A DNA stretch of 64,000 nucleotides from Limnohabitans sp. Rim8 (GCF_945897465.1 NZ_CAMDFK010000005.1); one strand, 5' to 3'; shown: positions 1 to 9,164, counted from the first letter of the stretch. A program made the numbers and translations. Notes: generated by a model from the letters alone, not told the origin.

Positions 1-9
1 GCGCACGCA

Positions 10-273
10 TCAAACACCCTCGGCATCGCGCAAGCGTTCAATCAGCTCATTGCTGATGACCACGCCCCGAGAAGGCAAGGGCTGGATGCCATATTGGGCC
101 AAGCGCTCTGAAACGTGGGGCACAGTTTGGTCCGCGGGCGGCTGATAGGCCCCCACTGCAAATGCTTTGCGCGCCAAGTCGCTCATGACTTGTCCAATCG
201 ACTTTTTCTCTCTTTGTGCAATCTCTTTGGCTGCAAAAAGCACATCGTCCGCAATGTCGAGGGTGGTTCGCAT
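10..273 (-). CDS. type II toxin-antitoxin antitoxin, VapB/Rv0623-like (87 aa)
   Basis: The N-terminus MRTTLDIADDVLFAAKEIA matches the MRTTLDIDD..L signature of this antitoxin family. GGGAG Shine-Dalgarno sits 5 nt upstream of the ATG at 273, so the ORF-track start at 327 is judged over-extended. The stop TGA overlaps an ATG (ATGA, + strand tcat at 8-12) that opens the presumed toxin gene, which runs off the left edge. Confidence 0.7.
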   Translation of the reverse strand: MRTTLDIADDVLFAAKEIAQREKKSIGQVMSDLARKAFAVGAYQPPADQTVPHVSERLAQYGIQPLPSRGVVISNELIERLRDAEGV

Positions 274-289
274 CTCATCTCCCGATAGT

Positions 290-321
290 TTGATGTTTGA
301 TGCTATCACATCAAACACCAA
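290..321 (-). promoter_or_regulatory. 13-bp imperfect inverted repeat immediately upstream of the antitoxin start (candidate autoregulatory operator)
   Basis: The + strand reads TTGATGTTTGATG-ctatca-CATCAAACACCAA, with 1 mismatch in 13. It lies 17-48 nt upstream of the ATG at 273, where TA operators normally sit. Confidence 0.45.
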
Positions 322-391
322 TATCACCTGATCCCTGGAGACGGGCCACCAGCGGAGCCAATGCTGCGCGTTCAGTGGTCGTTTTTTAAAT

Positions 392-431
392 TACTCAATT
401 GATTGAGTAATTTTGCTCAATGCATTGAGTA
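392..431. repeat. two adjacent near-identical palindromic sites (TACTCAAT-TG-ATTGAGTA and TGCTCAAT-GC-ATTGAGTA)
   Basis: Read directly. Site 1 (392-409) has perfect 8-bp arms. Site 2 (414-431) contains the perfect 14-bp palindrome CTCAATGCATTGAG. Their centres are 22 bp apart, in an AT-rich gap. Confidence 0.6.
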
Positions 432-595
432 AATCAACGTGGATGCTTTTTAAACACTGGGCCACAGCGATATGAATCAGAAAATAGAATTCATTTATGC
501 GATAAACTACCCCTAATCAAATCACACAGGTTTGGCGGCATCAATTGCGTTAGGCGGCCCAAAGCCAACAGCCCAACACCTGCATCAGCAACTGA

Positions 596-1021
596 TTGCT
601 TGGCGTACCAATCACTAAAGGTGACAACTTGAATCAAGTCGCAAAGTCCACTCTCGCATTCATGCTTTTCAGTACCGCGGTGCACGCACAAACTGCAGGT
701 ACCGCATCTGGCCAGTGGACCGGGACAACGAAGTCACCGAGCACAGGCAACGAACTCCAGATTCAAGTGAAGATCTCAGATGTGGGCGGAACGTGGCGGT
801 ACATCACCCCTGTCTCTGCACGCAAAGCTGGTCCGTGTCTTGGCCGTGAGTTCCCTCTCTCGGTCAAGACACTGTCGAACTCAAAAATGATCATCAGCGT
901 AGACGGCCCCAGCGTGATGACTGGCTGCCCTTCCTTCACCCTCGCTCTCGAACGCACAGACGAACAGACGCTCACGGGCTCCTTCGGAGATGGAAGGCCA
1001 GCAGTCCTCAAGAAGCAGTAA
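596..1021 (+). CDS. hypothetical secreted protein
   Basis: The ORF lies in visibly lower-G+C DNA and has a signal-peptide-like segment STLAFMLFSTAVHA|QTAG. The start is uncertain: TTG at 596, TTG at 629 or ATG at 662. I recognise no family. Confidence 0.35.
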   Translation: MLGVPITKGDNLNQVAKSTLAFMLFSTAVHAQTAGTASGQWTGTTKSPSTGNELQIQVKISDVGGTWRYITPVSARKAGPCLGREFPLSVKTLSNSKMIISVDGPSVMTGCPSFTLALERTDEQTLTGSFGDGRPAVLKKQ

Positions 1022-1051
1022 ATTTGTCATTGCGATGGTTTTGAGAGCCAA

Positions 1052-2011
1052 TTAACACCGCAACCCATTCACCAGCACCCCCGCCACCTCCACCCGCATC
1101 GCCCAAACGCACCCCGCACCCGGGTACTTTGCCAGTTCTTGCGAGCTACGGCCGTGGCGAGCGGTGGTGACAAACAAGGTTTTCAAATCCGGTCCGCCAA
1201 AACAGGGCATGGTGGGGCACAGCGCCGGGGTGGGCACTTCGGCCAGCACTTCACCTTGTGGCGACAGGCGCAGCAGTCGCCCACCTTCATACTGAGCAGA
1301 CCAGTAGCAGCCCTCAGAATCCACGGCCGCGCCGTCGGGCCTGCCGCCGTAAGGCGCATCGCTGCCCCAAGCCCAGCCTGCGGGTTTGGGCGCAGATTGG
1401 TAAAAAACGCGGGCGTTGGTAAGTTGCCCGCTGGCGGCATCAAAGTCAAAAGCACGCACCTGGTGCGCGGCCGTGTCGGACCAATACGCGGTGCGACCGT
1501 CGGGTGACCAGGTCAGTCCATTGGCGGTGACCACACCGTCCTGATCGCCGCCCAGCATGGCCTGCAGGCCTTGCCCGTCCAGCATGTAAAGCACGCCCAA
1601 CTTTCGGTCTTTGGGCTCGTACAGGCTGCCGGCCCAAAAGCGGCCTTGGGCATCACACTTGCCATCGTTGAAGCGTTGCGTGCCCGTGTCATACGGCGCT
1701 GCCGCCAGCCGCTGCAGGGGGCCGCCCCATTCGCGTGCCTGATAAATCCCATCGCGCAGGGCCATGACCAGGCCGCCACCTTGCACGGGCGCGATGCAAC
1801 CCGGCTCTTGCGTCAAAGGCCAATAGTCGACCGGCCCTTGGGCCTGAAGGCCTTGCACCGCTACACGCGCAATACGCCGACCGGGGATGTCCACCCAATA
1901 CAGGCGCTCTTCTTGCGGGTGCCAAAAAGGCGACTCACCCAAACCATCGGGCTCGGTGGTCAGGGCGGTCCACTGGGGTGTCAACAAGGCAGGTGCGTGC
2001 ATGAAATCCAT
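1052..2011 (-). CDS. SMP-30/gluconolactonase/LRE family protein
   Basis: LGESPFWHPQEERLYWVDI is typical of the family, as are repeated beta-propeller motifs such as NDGKCDAQGRFWAG and NGLTWSPDGRTAYWSDT. Confidence 0.8.
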   Translation of the reverse strand: MDFMHAPALLTPQWTALTTEPDGLGESPFWHPQEERLYWVDIPGRRIARVAVQGLQAQGPVDYWPLTQEPGCIAPVQGGGLVMALRDGIYQAREWGGPLQRLAAAPYDTGTQRFNDGKCDAQGRFWAGSLYEPKDRKLGVLYMLDGQGLQAMLGGDQDGVVTANGLTWSPDGRTAYWSDTAAHQVRAFDFDAASGQLTNARVFYQSAPKPAGWAWGSDAPYGGRPDGAAVDSEGCYWSAQYEGGRLLRLSPQGEVLAEVPTPALCPTMPCFGGPDLKTLFVTTARHGRSSQELAKYPGAGCVWAMRVEVAGVLVNGLRC

Positions 2012-2140
2012 TCTGCCCTACCTTACAGTGGCCGGGATGTTGGATCGCAATGTGCTGGCACACTCTGTTAAGGGGTCCCCGCCATGCGAGGTCGCGCGAG
2101 CCGTGGGCAAACAAATGCAAAGCGGGGGGGCGTGTGTCGG

Positions 2141-2926
2141 TCATGCGGCGCATTTTATCGGTGGGGCCGCCTGCTCATGCAAAGCAGCCAAGGCGGTCAA
2201 CACATCACCCACGGCGATGATGCAAGGGCTGCCCAAACCTTCGGCGTGTAAGGTGTCGTGCAAAGCGTCCAAGGTGGTGACGGCGTGGCGCTGGTCTGGG
2301 CGGCTGGCGTTTTGCACCACCGCCACCGGCGTGTGGGCGGGCAAGCCCTGCAACAAACTGGCCTGGATGTGGGCCGAGCGGCTCGCCCCCATGTAAATCA
2401 ACAAGGTGATGCGCTGCTGGTGGCACAGTTGCGCCACGCTAGGCCAGTCGGGGCCTTGCGCGCCGGGTTGGGCATGTCCGGTGATGAACAGCACGCCTTG
2501 GGCGTGGTCGCGGTGCGTTAAGGGCACGCCCAAACCCGTCAAAGCGGCTTGGCCCGAGGTGATGCCGTTGACCACCTCGACCTCGATGCCCGCGGCCTGC
2601 AAGTGCGCCAGCTCTTCGCCGCCGCGCCCCAAGACAAAGGGGTCGCCGCCTTTCAAGCGCACCACCCGCTCGCCTTGCCGCACGAGTTGGATCATGTGTT
2701 TTTCAATGAAGGCTTGCGGTGTGGACAGGCAGCCTCCGCGCTTGCCCACCTCGATCTGGCGGGCGCTGGCGGGGATGTGCGCCAAGATGGCCGGGGCCAC
2801 CAAATCGTCCACTAAGACCACCGTGGCGGCTTGCAAGCACTTGAGGGCTTTGAGCGTCAACAAATCGGGGTCGCCCGGCCCAGCGCCGACCAAGGCGCAG
2901 CTGCCCAGGGGGCGCACGGGCGTCAT
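2141..2926 (-). CDS. cobA: uroporphyrinogen-III C-methyltransferase (SUMT domain only, 261 aa)
   Basis: VGAGPGDPDLLTLKALKCLQAATVVLVDDLV and GKRGG..STPQ are SUMT motifs. The true ATG at 2926 overlaps the cysN stop (ATGA). The upstream 220 codons of the track ORF are an Arg/Pro-rich artefact overlapping cysN. Confidence 0.85.
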   Translation of the reverse strand: MTPVRPLGSCALVGAGPGDPDLLTLKALKCLQAATVVLVDDLVAPAILAHIPASARQIEVGKRGGCLSTPQAFIEKHMIQLVRQGERVVRLKGGDPFVLGRGGEELAHLQAAGIEVEVVNGITSGQAALTGLGVPLTHRDHAQGVLFITGHAQPGAQGPDWPSVAQLCHQQRITLLIYMGASRSAHIQASLLQGLPAHTPVAVVQNASRPDQRHAVTTLDALHDTLHAEGLGSPCIIAVGDVLTALAALHEQAAPPIKCAA

Positions 2927-4239
2927 GGCGCTTGCACCAACACGGCGCCCGAGGTGCGGTGCGTGGCGGTGTCCACCAAAATCAGGGCGCCCAAGCTGCG
3001 CGAGCGCTCGAACGGCAGCGTGAGCAGCGGCTGCTGCAAGGCCAGCGTCACGTGCCCAATGGCGTTGGCCGGCAATTCGGTGGCGTCTTCTTCGGCCAAG
3101 GTGTTCACGTTCAGGCGGTGCTCCACGCGCTGTACCTTGGCCTTGACCCAGCGGTGGCCGTGCAAAGCCCAGTACACACGACCCGCCACCAGGGGCTCGT
3201 CGTCCATCCAGGCGATGGTGGTGCTCAGCTGGCGCTGGCCTTCGGGGCTGCCGTGTTCTGCCAGCAGCCAGTCGCCACGCGAGACGTCCACCTCGCGGTC
3301 GAGCACGATGCCTGCGCTGTGACCTGCTGCCTTGCCCTGCGGCTGGCGGGTGGCCGACAGCACCTGCGAGACCACGGCGGTCTGGCCGCTGGGGAAGACC
3401 TTGATCGTTTGGCCTGGCTCGATGCTGCCTGTGGCCACACGGCCCCAGAACACGCGGCGGCCTTGGGTGGTCACGCCGGAGTCGTGGAATTTTTCGACCC
3501 ACTGCACCGGGAAGCTGAAAGGCACATCCGTCTCGGCGGGTGTCACAGGCAGGCCTTCGAGGATGCTGAGCAGGCTGGGGCCGGTGTAGCCGCACCAGTT
3601 GGTTTGGTCGTTGTTCTCTGCGGTGACCACGTTCCAGCCCTTGAGGGCAGACACGGGCACCATGGCGGTCACGGTGATGCCCGCTTCTTGGGCGAACTTG
3701 TTCAAAGCCCCCGCGATGTTTTGGTACGCCACAGTGGCATCTGCCACGGCGTCGAGCTTGTTGATGGCGAACACCACAGACGGCACGCGCAGCAAATTCA
3801 CCAGCAGCGAGTGGCGGCGGGTTTGGGGCAGCAGTTGCAGGTCGGGGTTGGCCCAGTCGAGCTTGATGGCGTCGACCAGCACCACGGCGGCGTCGGCGCT
3901 CGATGCCGCTGTGACCATGTTGCGGGTGTACTGCTCGTGGCCGGGCGCGTCACCGATGATGAACTTGCGTGCGGAGGTAGCGAAGTAGCGGTAGGCCACA
4001 TCGATGGTGATGCCTTGCTCGCGCTCGGCGCTCAAGCCGTCGGTCAGCAGGGCCAGATCGGTCTCACCCGAGCGCTGCACGCCCGCCAAGTGGTCTTGCA
4101 GCACGGCCTTGGTGTCCACCAGCAGGCGGCCAATCAGCGTGCTTTTACCGTCGTCGACCGAGCCGCAGGTGATGAATCGCAACGCGGTTTGTGTGGTGCT
4201 TTCAGATGACTTGGCAGAAAAGTGTTGGTTGTTGCTCAT
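2923..4239 (-). CDS. cysN: sulfate adenylyltransferase subunit 1 (GTPase), no APS-kinase domain
   Basis: G1 motif GSVDDGKSTLIGRLL, G3 motif DAPGHEQY and G4 motif INKLD are present. The start MSNNQHF is at 4239. At 438 aa it lacks a C-terminal CysC fusion. Confidence 0.9.
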   Translation of the reverse strand: MSNNQHFSAKSSESTTQTALRFITCGSVDDGKSTLIGRLLVDTKAVLQDHLAGVQRSGETDLALLTDGLSAEREQGITIDVAYRYFATSARKFIIGDAPGHEQYTRNMVTAASSADAAVVLVDAIKLDWANPDLQLLPQTRRHSLLVNLLRVPSVVFAINKLDAVADATVAYQNIAGALNKFAQEAGITVTAMVPVSALKGWNVVTAENNDQTNWCGYTGPSLLSILEGLPVTPAETDVPFSFPVQWVEKFHDSGVTTQGRRVFWGRVATGSIEPGQTIKVFPSGQTAVVSQVLSATRQPQGKAAGHSAGIVLDREVDVSRGDWLLAEHGSPEGQRQLSTTIAWMDDEPLVAGRVYWALHGHRWVKAKVQRVEHRLNVNTLAEEDATELPANAIGHVTLALQQPLLTLPFERSRSLGALILVDTATHRTSGAVLVQAP

Positions 4240-4255
4240 GTCTTTGGCTCCCTGA

Positions 4256-5185
4256 TCAGAAATAGCCGTCTTTTTTGCGCTTCTCCATCGAAGCCTCGGA
4301 GGTCTTGTCGTCCATGCGGGTCGCGCCGCGCTCACTCACGTCGGCGGCCAGCGTTTCGATCACGATCTGCTCGGGCGTGGCTGCAGTGCTCTCGACCGGG
4401 CAGGTGCAGGTGATGTCGCCCACGGTGCGGAAACGCACGTCACGCACCACGACCTGCTCGCCATCCTTGGGCGGTGTCAGCTCGGTCACGGGCACCAGCA
4501 GGCCCCGGCGGTCGACCACCTCGCGCTTGTGGGTGTAGTAGATCGAAGGCAGGGCGATGTTTTCGCGAGCGATGTATTGCCACACGTCCAGCTCGGTCCA
4601 GTTGCTGATCGGGAACACACGGAAGTGCTCGCCCGGCTGCAGCTTGTGGTTGAACAGCGTCCACAACTCGGGGCGCTGAGCCTTGGGTTGCCACTGGCCA
4701 AAACTGTCGCGGTGCGAAAAGATGCGTTCTTTGGCGCGGGCTTTTTCTTCGTCTCGGCGGGCGCCGCCAATCAGGGCGTCAAAGCGGAACTCTTCAATCG
4801 CTTCGAGCAGCGTGACCGACTGGTGCACATTGCGGCTTTCGCCCGGGTGGGCCAGGCGCACGGTGCCGCGCTTCATCGAGTCTTCGACGCTGCGCACGAT
4901 CAGCTCGGCACCCAATTCCTTCGCACGCGAATCGCGGAAGTCGGTCACCTCAGTGAAGTTGTGGCCGGTGTCGATCATCAGCAGCGGATAGGGGATGCGA
5001 CCCGCGCCGAAGGCTTTTTCGGCGCACTTGAGCATGACCAGCGAATCTTTGCCGCCAGAGAACAGCAGGGTGGGGCGCTCGAAGGCGGCGGCGACTTCGC
5101 GCAGGATGAAGATGGTTTCTTCTTCCAACGCGTCCAGGTGGCTGTTGCTCAGGGTGTGCAACTCGGTTTGTGTCATGGCTGTCAT
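4256..5185 (-). CDS. cysD: sulfate adenylyltransferase subunit 2
   Basis: PP-loop motif LFSGGKDSLVM. The length (309 aa) and the position directly upstream of cysN fit. The start MTAMTQTE is at 5185. Confidence 0.9.
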   Translation of the reverse strand: MTAMTQTELHTLSNSHLDALEEETIFILREVAAAFERPTLLFSGGKDSLVMLKCAEKAFGAGRIPYPLLMIDTGHNFTEVTDFRDSRAKELGAELIVRSVEDSMKRGTVRLAHPGESRNVHQSVTLLEAIEEFRFDALIGGARRDEEKARAKERIFSHRDSFGQWQPKAQRPELWTLFNHKLQPGEHFRVFPISNWTELDVWQYIARENIALPSIYYTHKREVVDRRGLLVPVTELTPPKDGEQVVVRDVRFRTVGDITCTCPVESTAATPEQIVIETLAADVSERGATRMDDKTSEASMEKRKKDGYF

Positions 5186-5334
5186 TAGGTTCTCTCGTAT
5201 CTCTATTCGGTCAAGGTGTCTGAAGTCAAGTCCTGGCACGCTTGGTGTGATGTGTGGGGCAAGGCGGGTGACGATTTGTGACGCGAAGCGGCTTATGAGA
5301 AGCCCGGCTTGCTCCACGCATCACATCCCGAAAC

Positions 5335-6105
5335 TCAAGACTTGACGTGCAAGCCACACTCCTTGGCCGCCTCGTCCTCCCACCACCAGCGCCCGGCGCG
5401 GAACTCTTCGCCCAAGCTGATGGCGCGTGTGCAGGGCGCACAGCCGATGCTCGGGAAGAACTGGTCGTGCAGCGGGTTGTAGTCCACCTGGTTGGTGGCG
5501 ATGTAGTGCCACATGTCACCCCAGGTCCATCGGGCCAAAGGGTTGAACTTGTGCAAAGACTTGGTGGCCACTTCGCTCTCGTCGATCAAGGGCACCTCGG
5601 CGCGTGCCGCAGACTGCTCTTGGCGCAGACCGGTGATCCAGCCTTTCTGGCCTTTCAAGGCGCGGGCCAGTGGTTCCATCTTGCGCACGCCGCAGCAGGC
5701 TTTGCGCAGCTCAATCGTTTTGTACATCGCGTCTTGCCCTTGCTCGCGCACGAACTGGATCACCGACTCTTGCACCGGGCGGTACACCACGATGGGTGCA
5801 CGCGAATGCGCTTGGGTGCGCTCCAGCAAGGCCAAAGTTTCGGTGTGCAATGCACCGGTTTCCAGCACAAAGACAGGGATGTCCAATTGCAAGCTGTTGA
5901 TGAGGTGGGTGATGACCACATCTTCGGCACCCAAGCTGGAGGCCTGGGTCACGGGCGCGAACTCGGCCGCCGCGCGGCGCAGCAGCGCTTGGGTCTCGGC
6001 CAGCTTGGCGGCAAAGTCGGGGCTGGCTTGGGCGTGCAGCTCGGTGGCTTTGGCCGGTGCGCTGCGCAGTGAAATGAGGGAAGAGGTCATGTCGTTAGGG
6101 GTCAT
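5335..6105 (-). CDS. cysH: adenylyl-sulfate (APS)/PAPS reductase, thioredoxin-dependent, Fe-S type
   Basis: C-terminal ECGLH motif, plus the cysteine pairs KACCG and CAPCT that are typical of 4Fe-4S APS reductases. The start is uncertain (6105, 6090 or 6147). Confidence 0.85.
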   Translation of the reverse strand: MTPNDMTSSLISLRSAPAKATELHAQASPDFAAKLAETQALLRRAAAEFAPVTQASSLGAEDVVITHLINSLQLDIPVFVLETGALHTETLALLERTQAHSRAPIVVYRPVQESVIQFVREQGQDAMYKTIELRKACCGVRKMEPLARALKGQKGWITGLRQEQSAARAEVPLIDESEVATKSLHKFNPLARWTWGDMWHYIATNQVDYNPLHDQFFPSIGCAPCTRAISLGEEFRAGRWWWEDEAAKECGLHVKS

Positions 6106-6161
6106 CGCGAGCGCAGCGTGGCGATCCAGATCTGGACGGCCGCACATGGCTCACACTGAGC

Positions 6162-6536
6162 TTAGGTCTTTGCAAAATGCGGTTGCGTCTGCACAGCCGA
6201 GCCTTGGTAGAACCCGGCGAAGCGGTCCAGTTGGCGCTGTGCGGCGCTGGCATCCACGCCGTCTTTGAGCACGGCCACGTCAAAGCCAGTGCGCTGCATC
6301 TGCACCAGTTGGTCGATCAGCACGTCGCCCGTGGCACGCAACTCGCCCGCAAAGCGCAAGCGGCGGCGCAGCAAAAAGGCTTGGCTGTAAGCACGGCCGT
6401 CGGTGAATTTGGGGAACTGCAAATCGATGCGGGTCACGCCACTCAGGTCGAGCGTGCGTGGGTCGACATCGTTGGCCAATGTGATGTGCGTTGGCGATTC
6501 AACGCTCTGGTGTTCTTGGGTGGTGATGATGTTCAT
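6162..6536 (-). CDS. DUF934 domain protein (sulfite-reductase-associated)
   Basis: The 124-aa protein contains FPKFTDGRAYSQA..LR and sits between cysI and cysH, the conserved betaproteobacterial context of DUF934. Confidence 0.8.
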   Translation of the reverse strand: MNIITTQEHQSVESPTHITLANDVDPRTLDLSGVTRIDLQFPKFTDGRAYSQAFLLRRRLRFAGELRATGDVLIDQLVQMQRTGFDVAVLKDGVDASAAQRQLDRFAGFYQGSAVQTQPHFAKT

Positions 6537-6554
6537 GGTCTTTTATCCCAGCGT

Positions 6555-8360
6555 TCAAGCCGTTGGTGCATCGGCAGTGTGGCGAGCGGCGTTGGCCGCC
6601 GCTTTGAACGGGTCATGACCCACACGGCGCAAGGTCTCGATGAAGTGTTCATCGCGGCCTTGCACGGGCTGGCGCAGGGCTTTGTAGGTGTCCAAAACCG
6701 CTTCGATCACGTCGGGAACTTCCACCGACGAGAAGGAAGGGCCCACCACTTTGCCGGGGCCTGTGGGGCCAGACAAGGCTTTGCCGTCGGAGCCCCCCAG
6801 CGTCACCTGATACCACTCTTTGCCGTCTTTGTCGACGCCCAAAATGCCGATGTGGCCCGAGTGGTGGTGGCCACAGGAGTTGATGCAGCCGCTGATGTGG
6901 AAATCGATGTGACCGAGGTCGTTGAGCTCGTCCAGGTCTTGGTAACGCTCGGTGATCGCTGCCGCCAAAGGCAGCGAGCGTGCATTGGCCAAAGCGCAGT
7001 AGTCTCCGCCCGGGCAGGCAATCATGTCGGTGAGTAAACCGATGTTGGGCTGGGCCAGGCCCAAGGCTTTGGCTTGCAGCCACAGCGCATGCAACTGGTC
7101 CAGGCGCACCCAAGGTAGCACCAGGTTTTGGCTGTGCGTGACTCGGGCTTCGCTTGCTGAGAACTGGGCCACCAGGGCGGCGGCAGCGTCCAGCTGATCG
7201 GCGGTGGCGTCGCCGGGTGCTTGGCCTGGGCGCTTGAAGGACAGCGTCACGGCACGCAAAGCGGGGTTTTGGTGCGGCTTCACGTTTTGCGCCAACCAGC
7301 GGGCAAAGGCGGGCGTTTTGGCCGCTTCGATGGCGACATCGGCTTCGGCCTGGGCGACCCATTCGGAGGTGCTTGTTGGCAGGTTCAGCGCAGGCGCAGC
7401 AAAGCAGGCGGCCACGCGCTCGAACTCGGCTTGTGGGATGGTGTGCAGGCCGCCGTCTTTGACCAGAATGTCTTGGTATTCGGCTTCAACCTCGTCAAAG
7501 TAACGCTGGCCTTCAGCTTTCACCAAAATTTTGATGCGGGCTTTGTAGGTGTTGTCGCGGCGGCCCCAGCGGTTGTAGACCCGGATCACGGCTTCTAGGT
7601 AATTCATGATCTGGTTCCAGGGCAGGAATTCGCGGATCACGGTGCCCACCGTGGGCGTGCGGCCCATGCCGCCGCCCACCAAGACCTTGAAGCCAACTTC
7701 GCCCGCCGCGTTCTTGACCATCTGCAGGCCCACGTCGTGCCAGCCGATGGCGGCGCGGTCTTCCGCTGCGCCCGTGATGGCGATCTTGAATTTGCGGGGC
7801 AAAAACGCGAACTCGGGGTGCAGCGTGCTCCACTGGCGGATCAGCTCGGCATAGGGCCGTGGATCGACCACTTCGTCCACCGCCACCCCAGCCAGCTCGT
7901 CGGTGGTGGTGTTGCGGATGCAGTTGCCGCTGGTCTGGATGCCGTGCAGGTTGACGCTGGCCAAGAGGTCCATCACATCGGCCGACAGGGACAGTGGAAT
8001 CCAGTTGAACTGCACGTTCTGGCGGGTGGTGAAGTGGCCGTAATTGGTCGTCAGTTTGGGGGCTGGGCCCGCAATTTGGTCTTGTGTGGCTTGGGCATGG
8101 GCCAGCAGGGCGGGGTCGGGTGTGTCGTAGTCGCGGGCAATTTGGGCCAGCACTTGGAGCTGAGGGGCCGAGATTTCGCCGTAAGGCACGGCCACGCGCA
8201 GCATGGGCGCGTAGCGCTGCACGTACCAGCCGTTTTGCAGGCGCAAGGGTTTGAACTCGTCGGCGCTCAATTGGCCAGCTTCAAAACGCTCCAGCTGGTC
8301 GCGGTGTTGTGCGGCGCGGGCACGCACAAATTGTTTGTCAAATTCGGTGAATTGGTACAT
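6555..8360 (-). CDS. cysI: sulfite reductase hemoprotein (nitrite/sulfite reductase family)
   Basis: Siroheme/4Fe-4S ligand motifs CPGGDYCALA and SGCINSCGHHH. Two nitrite/sulfite reductase ferredoxin-like half domains. 601 aa. Confidence 0.85.
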   Translation of the reverse strand: MYQFTEFDKQFVRARAAQHRDQLERFEAGQLSADEFKPLRLQNGWYVQRYAPMLRVAVPYGEISAPQLQVLAQIARDYDTPDPALLAHAQATQDQIAGPAPKLTTNYGHFTTRQNVQFNWIPLSLSADVMDLLASVNLHGIQTSGNCIRNTTTDELAGVAVDEVVDPRPYAELIRQWSTLHPEFAFLPRKFKIAITGAAEDRAAIGWHDVGLQMVKNAAGEVGFKVLVGGGMGRTPTVGTVIREFLPWNQIMNYLEAVIRVYNRWGRRDNTYKARIKILVKAEGQRYFDEVEAEYQDILVKDGGLHTIPQAEFERVAACFAAPALNLPTSTSEWVAQAEADVAIEAAKTPAFARWLAQNVKPHQNPALRAVTLSFKRPGQAPGDATADQLDAAAALVAQFSASEARVTHSQNLVLPWVRLDQLHALWLQAKALGLAQPNIGLLTDMIACPGGDYCALANARSLPLAAAITERYQDLDELNDLGHIDFHISGCINSCGHHHSGHIGILGVDKDGKEWYQVTLGGSDGKALSGPTGPGKVVGPSFSSVEVPDVIEAVLDTYKALRQPVQGRDEHFIETLRRVGHDPFKAAANAARHTADAPTA

Positions 8361-8372
8361 AAGGGTTTTTCT

Positions 8373-9164
8373 TCAGATCAAAACCAGTTTGGTGCCAGCC
8401 CAGGCCAGCAAGAGGGACAGGACACCGCGCACCAGGCGCTCAGGGGTGCGGTGCATCAGGCGTGCCCCAAGCCAAATGCCGGGGAGAGAGCCCGCCAGCA
8501 GTTTTGCCAGCAAAACCCAGTCCACCGAGCCCAAAGACGCGTGGCCCAGACCAGCGATCAGCGTGAGTGGCACGGCATAAGCGATGTCAGCGGCGACGAT
8601 GCGTGGCAGTGGCAACAGGGGGTAGAGCAACAGCTGGACACTCACACCGATGGCCCCTGCACCCACCGAAGTGAGGGTGACCAAGACGCCGATCAGTGCC
8701 CCAAAAAGCACGGGCAAGCTCCAATGGCGGGCTTGGGCTGCGTGGCCAAGGTCGGCTGCAGGGTGTGCGCCGGCCAGTTGCTTGCCGCGCAGTGTTTTGT
8801 AGAACATGGCCGCTGCCGTCAAAAGCAAGGCCACACCGAGGCTGTGGGTCATGACGGCTTGGACATGCGGGTTAGCGGGGCCGACCTCGTGCAAAACCGC
8901 CAAAGTCAGCAGTGCGGCCGGGATGCTGCCGGCACTGAGCCAACCCACCACGCGCCAAGGCACGATCCGCTGGCGGGCAAAACTGAGGGTGCCGCCCATT
9001 TTGGTCACGGCTGCAAACAGCAAGTCGGTGCCCACAGCCAAGTAGGGCTTGAATCCAAAGAAAAAGATCAGGATGGGCGTCATCAAGGAGCCGCCACCGA
9101 CCCCCGTTAGTCCCACGACAACGCCTACAAAAAAACCTGCAAAGACATAAGCCACATCCACCAT
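8373..9164 (-). CDS. sulfite exporter TauE/SafE family membrane protein
   Basis: Multi-pass hydrophobic protein of 263 aa with the duplicated GVGGG..L.P motif (LTGVGGGSLMTPIL and TSVGAGAIGV). It is the first gene of the cys operon. Confidence 0.8.
   Translation of the reverse strand: MVDVAYVFAGFFVGVVVGLTGVGGGSLMTPILIFFFGFKPYLAVGTDLLFAAVTKMGGTLSFARQRIVPWRVVGWLSAGSIPAALLTLAVLHEVGPANPHVQAVMTHSLGVALLLTAAAMFYKTLRGKQLAGAHPAADLGHAAQARHWSLPVLFGALIGVLVTLTSVGAGAIGVSVQLLLYPLLPLPRIVAADIAYAVPLTLIAGLGHASLGSVDWVLLAKLLAGSLPGIWLGARLMHRTPERLVRGVLSLLLAWAGTKLVLI

Noticed and set aside
491-691. 66-aa minus-strand ORF in the low-G+C gap
   Set aside because: It overlaps the start of the plus-strand secreted-protein candidate and has no RBS and no recognisable fold. 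It is likely non-coding.
2927-3595. N-terminal 220-codon extension of the cobA ORF as given in the track. Similar extensions occur on cysN, cysD, amtB, dctP, senA, SulP, scoA, cynS, queC, the response regulator, soxX and iorA/B.
   Set aside because: The extensions overlap the upstream gene in another frame and are Arg/Pro/Gly-rich. They precede an internal ATG with an RBS or a stop/start overlap that yields the canonical protein length. Starts were reassigned accordingly.
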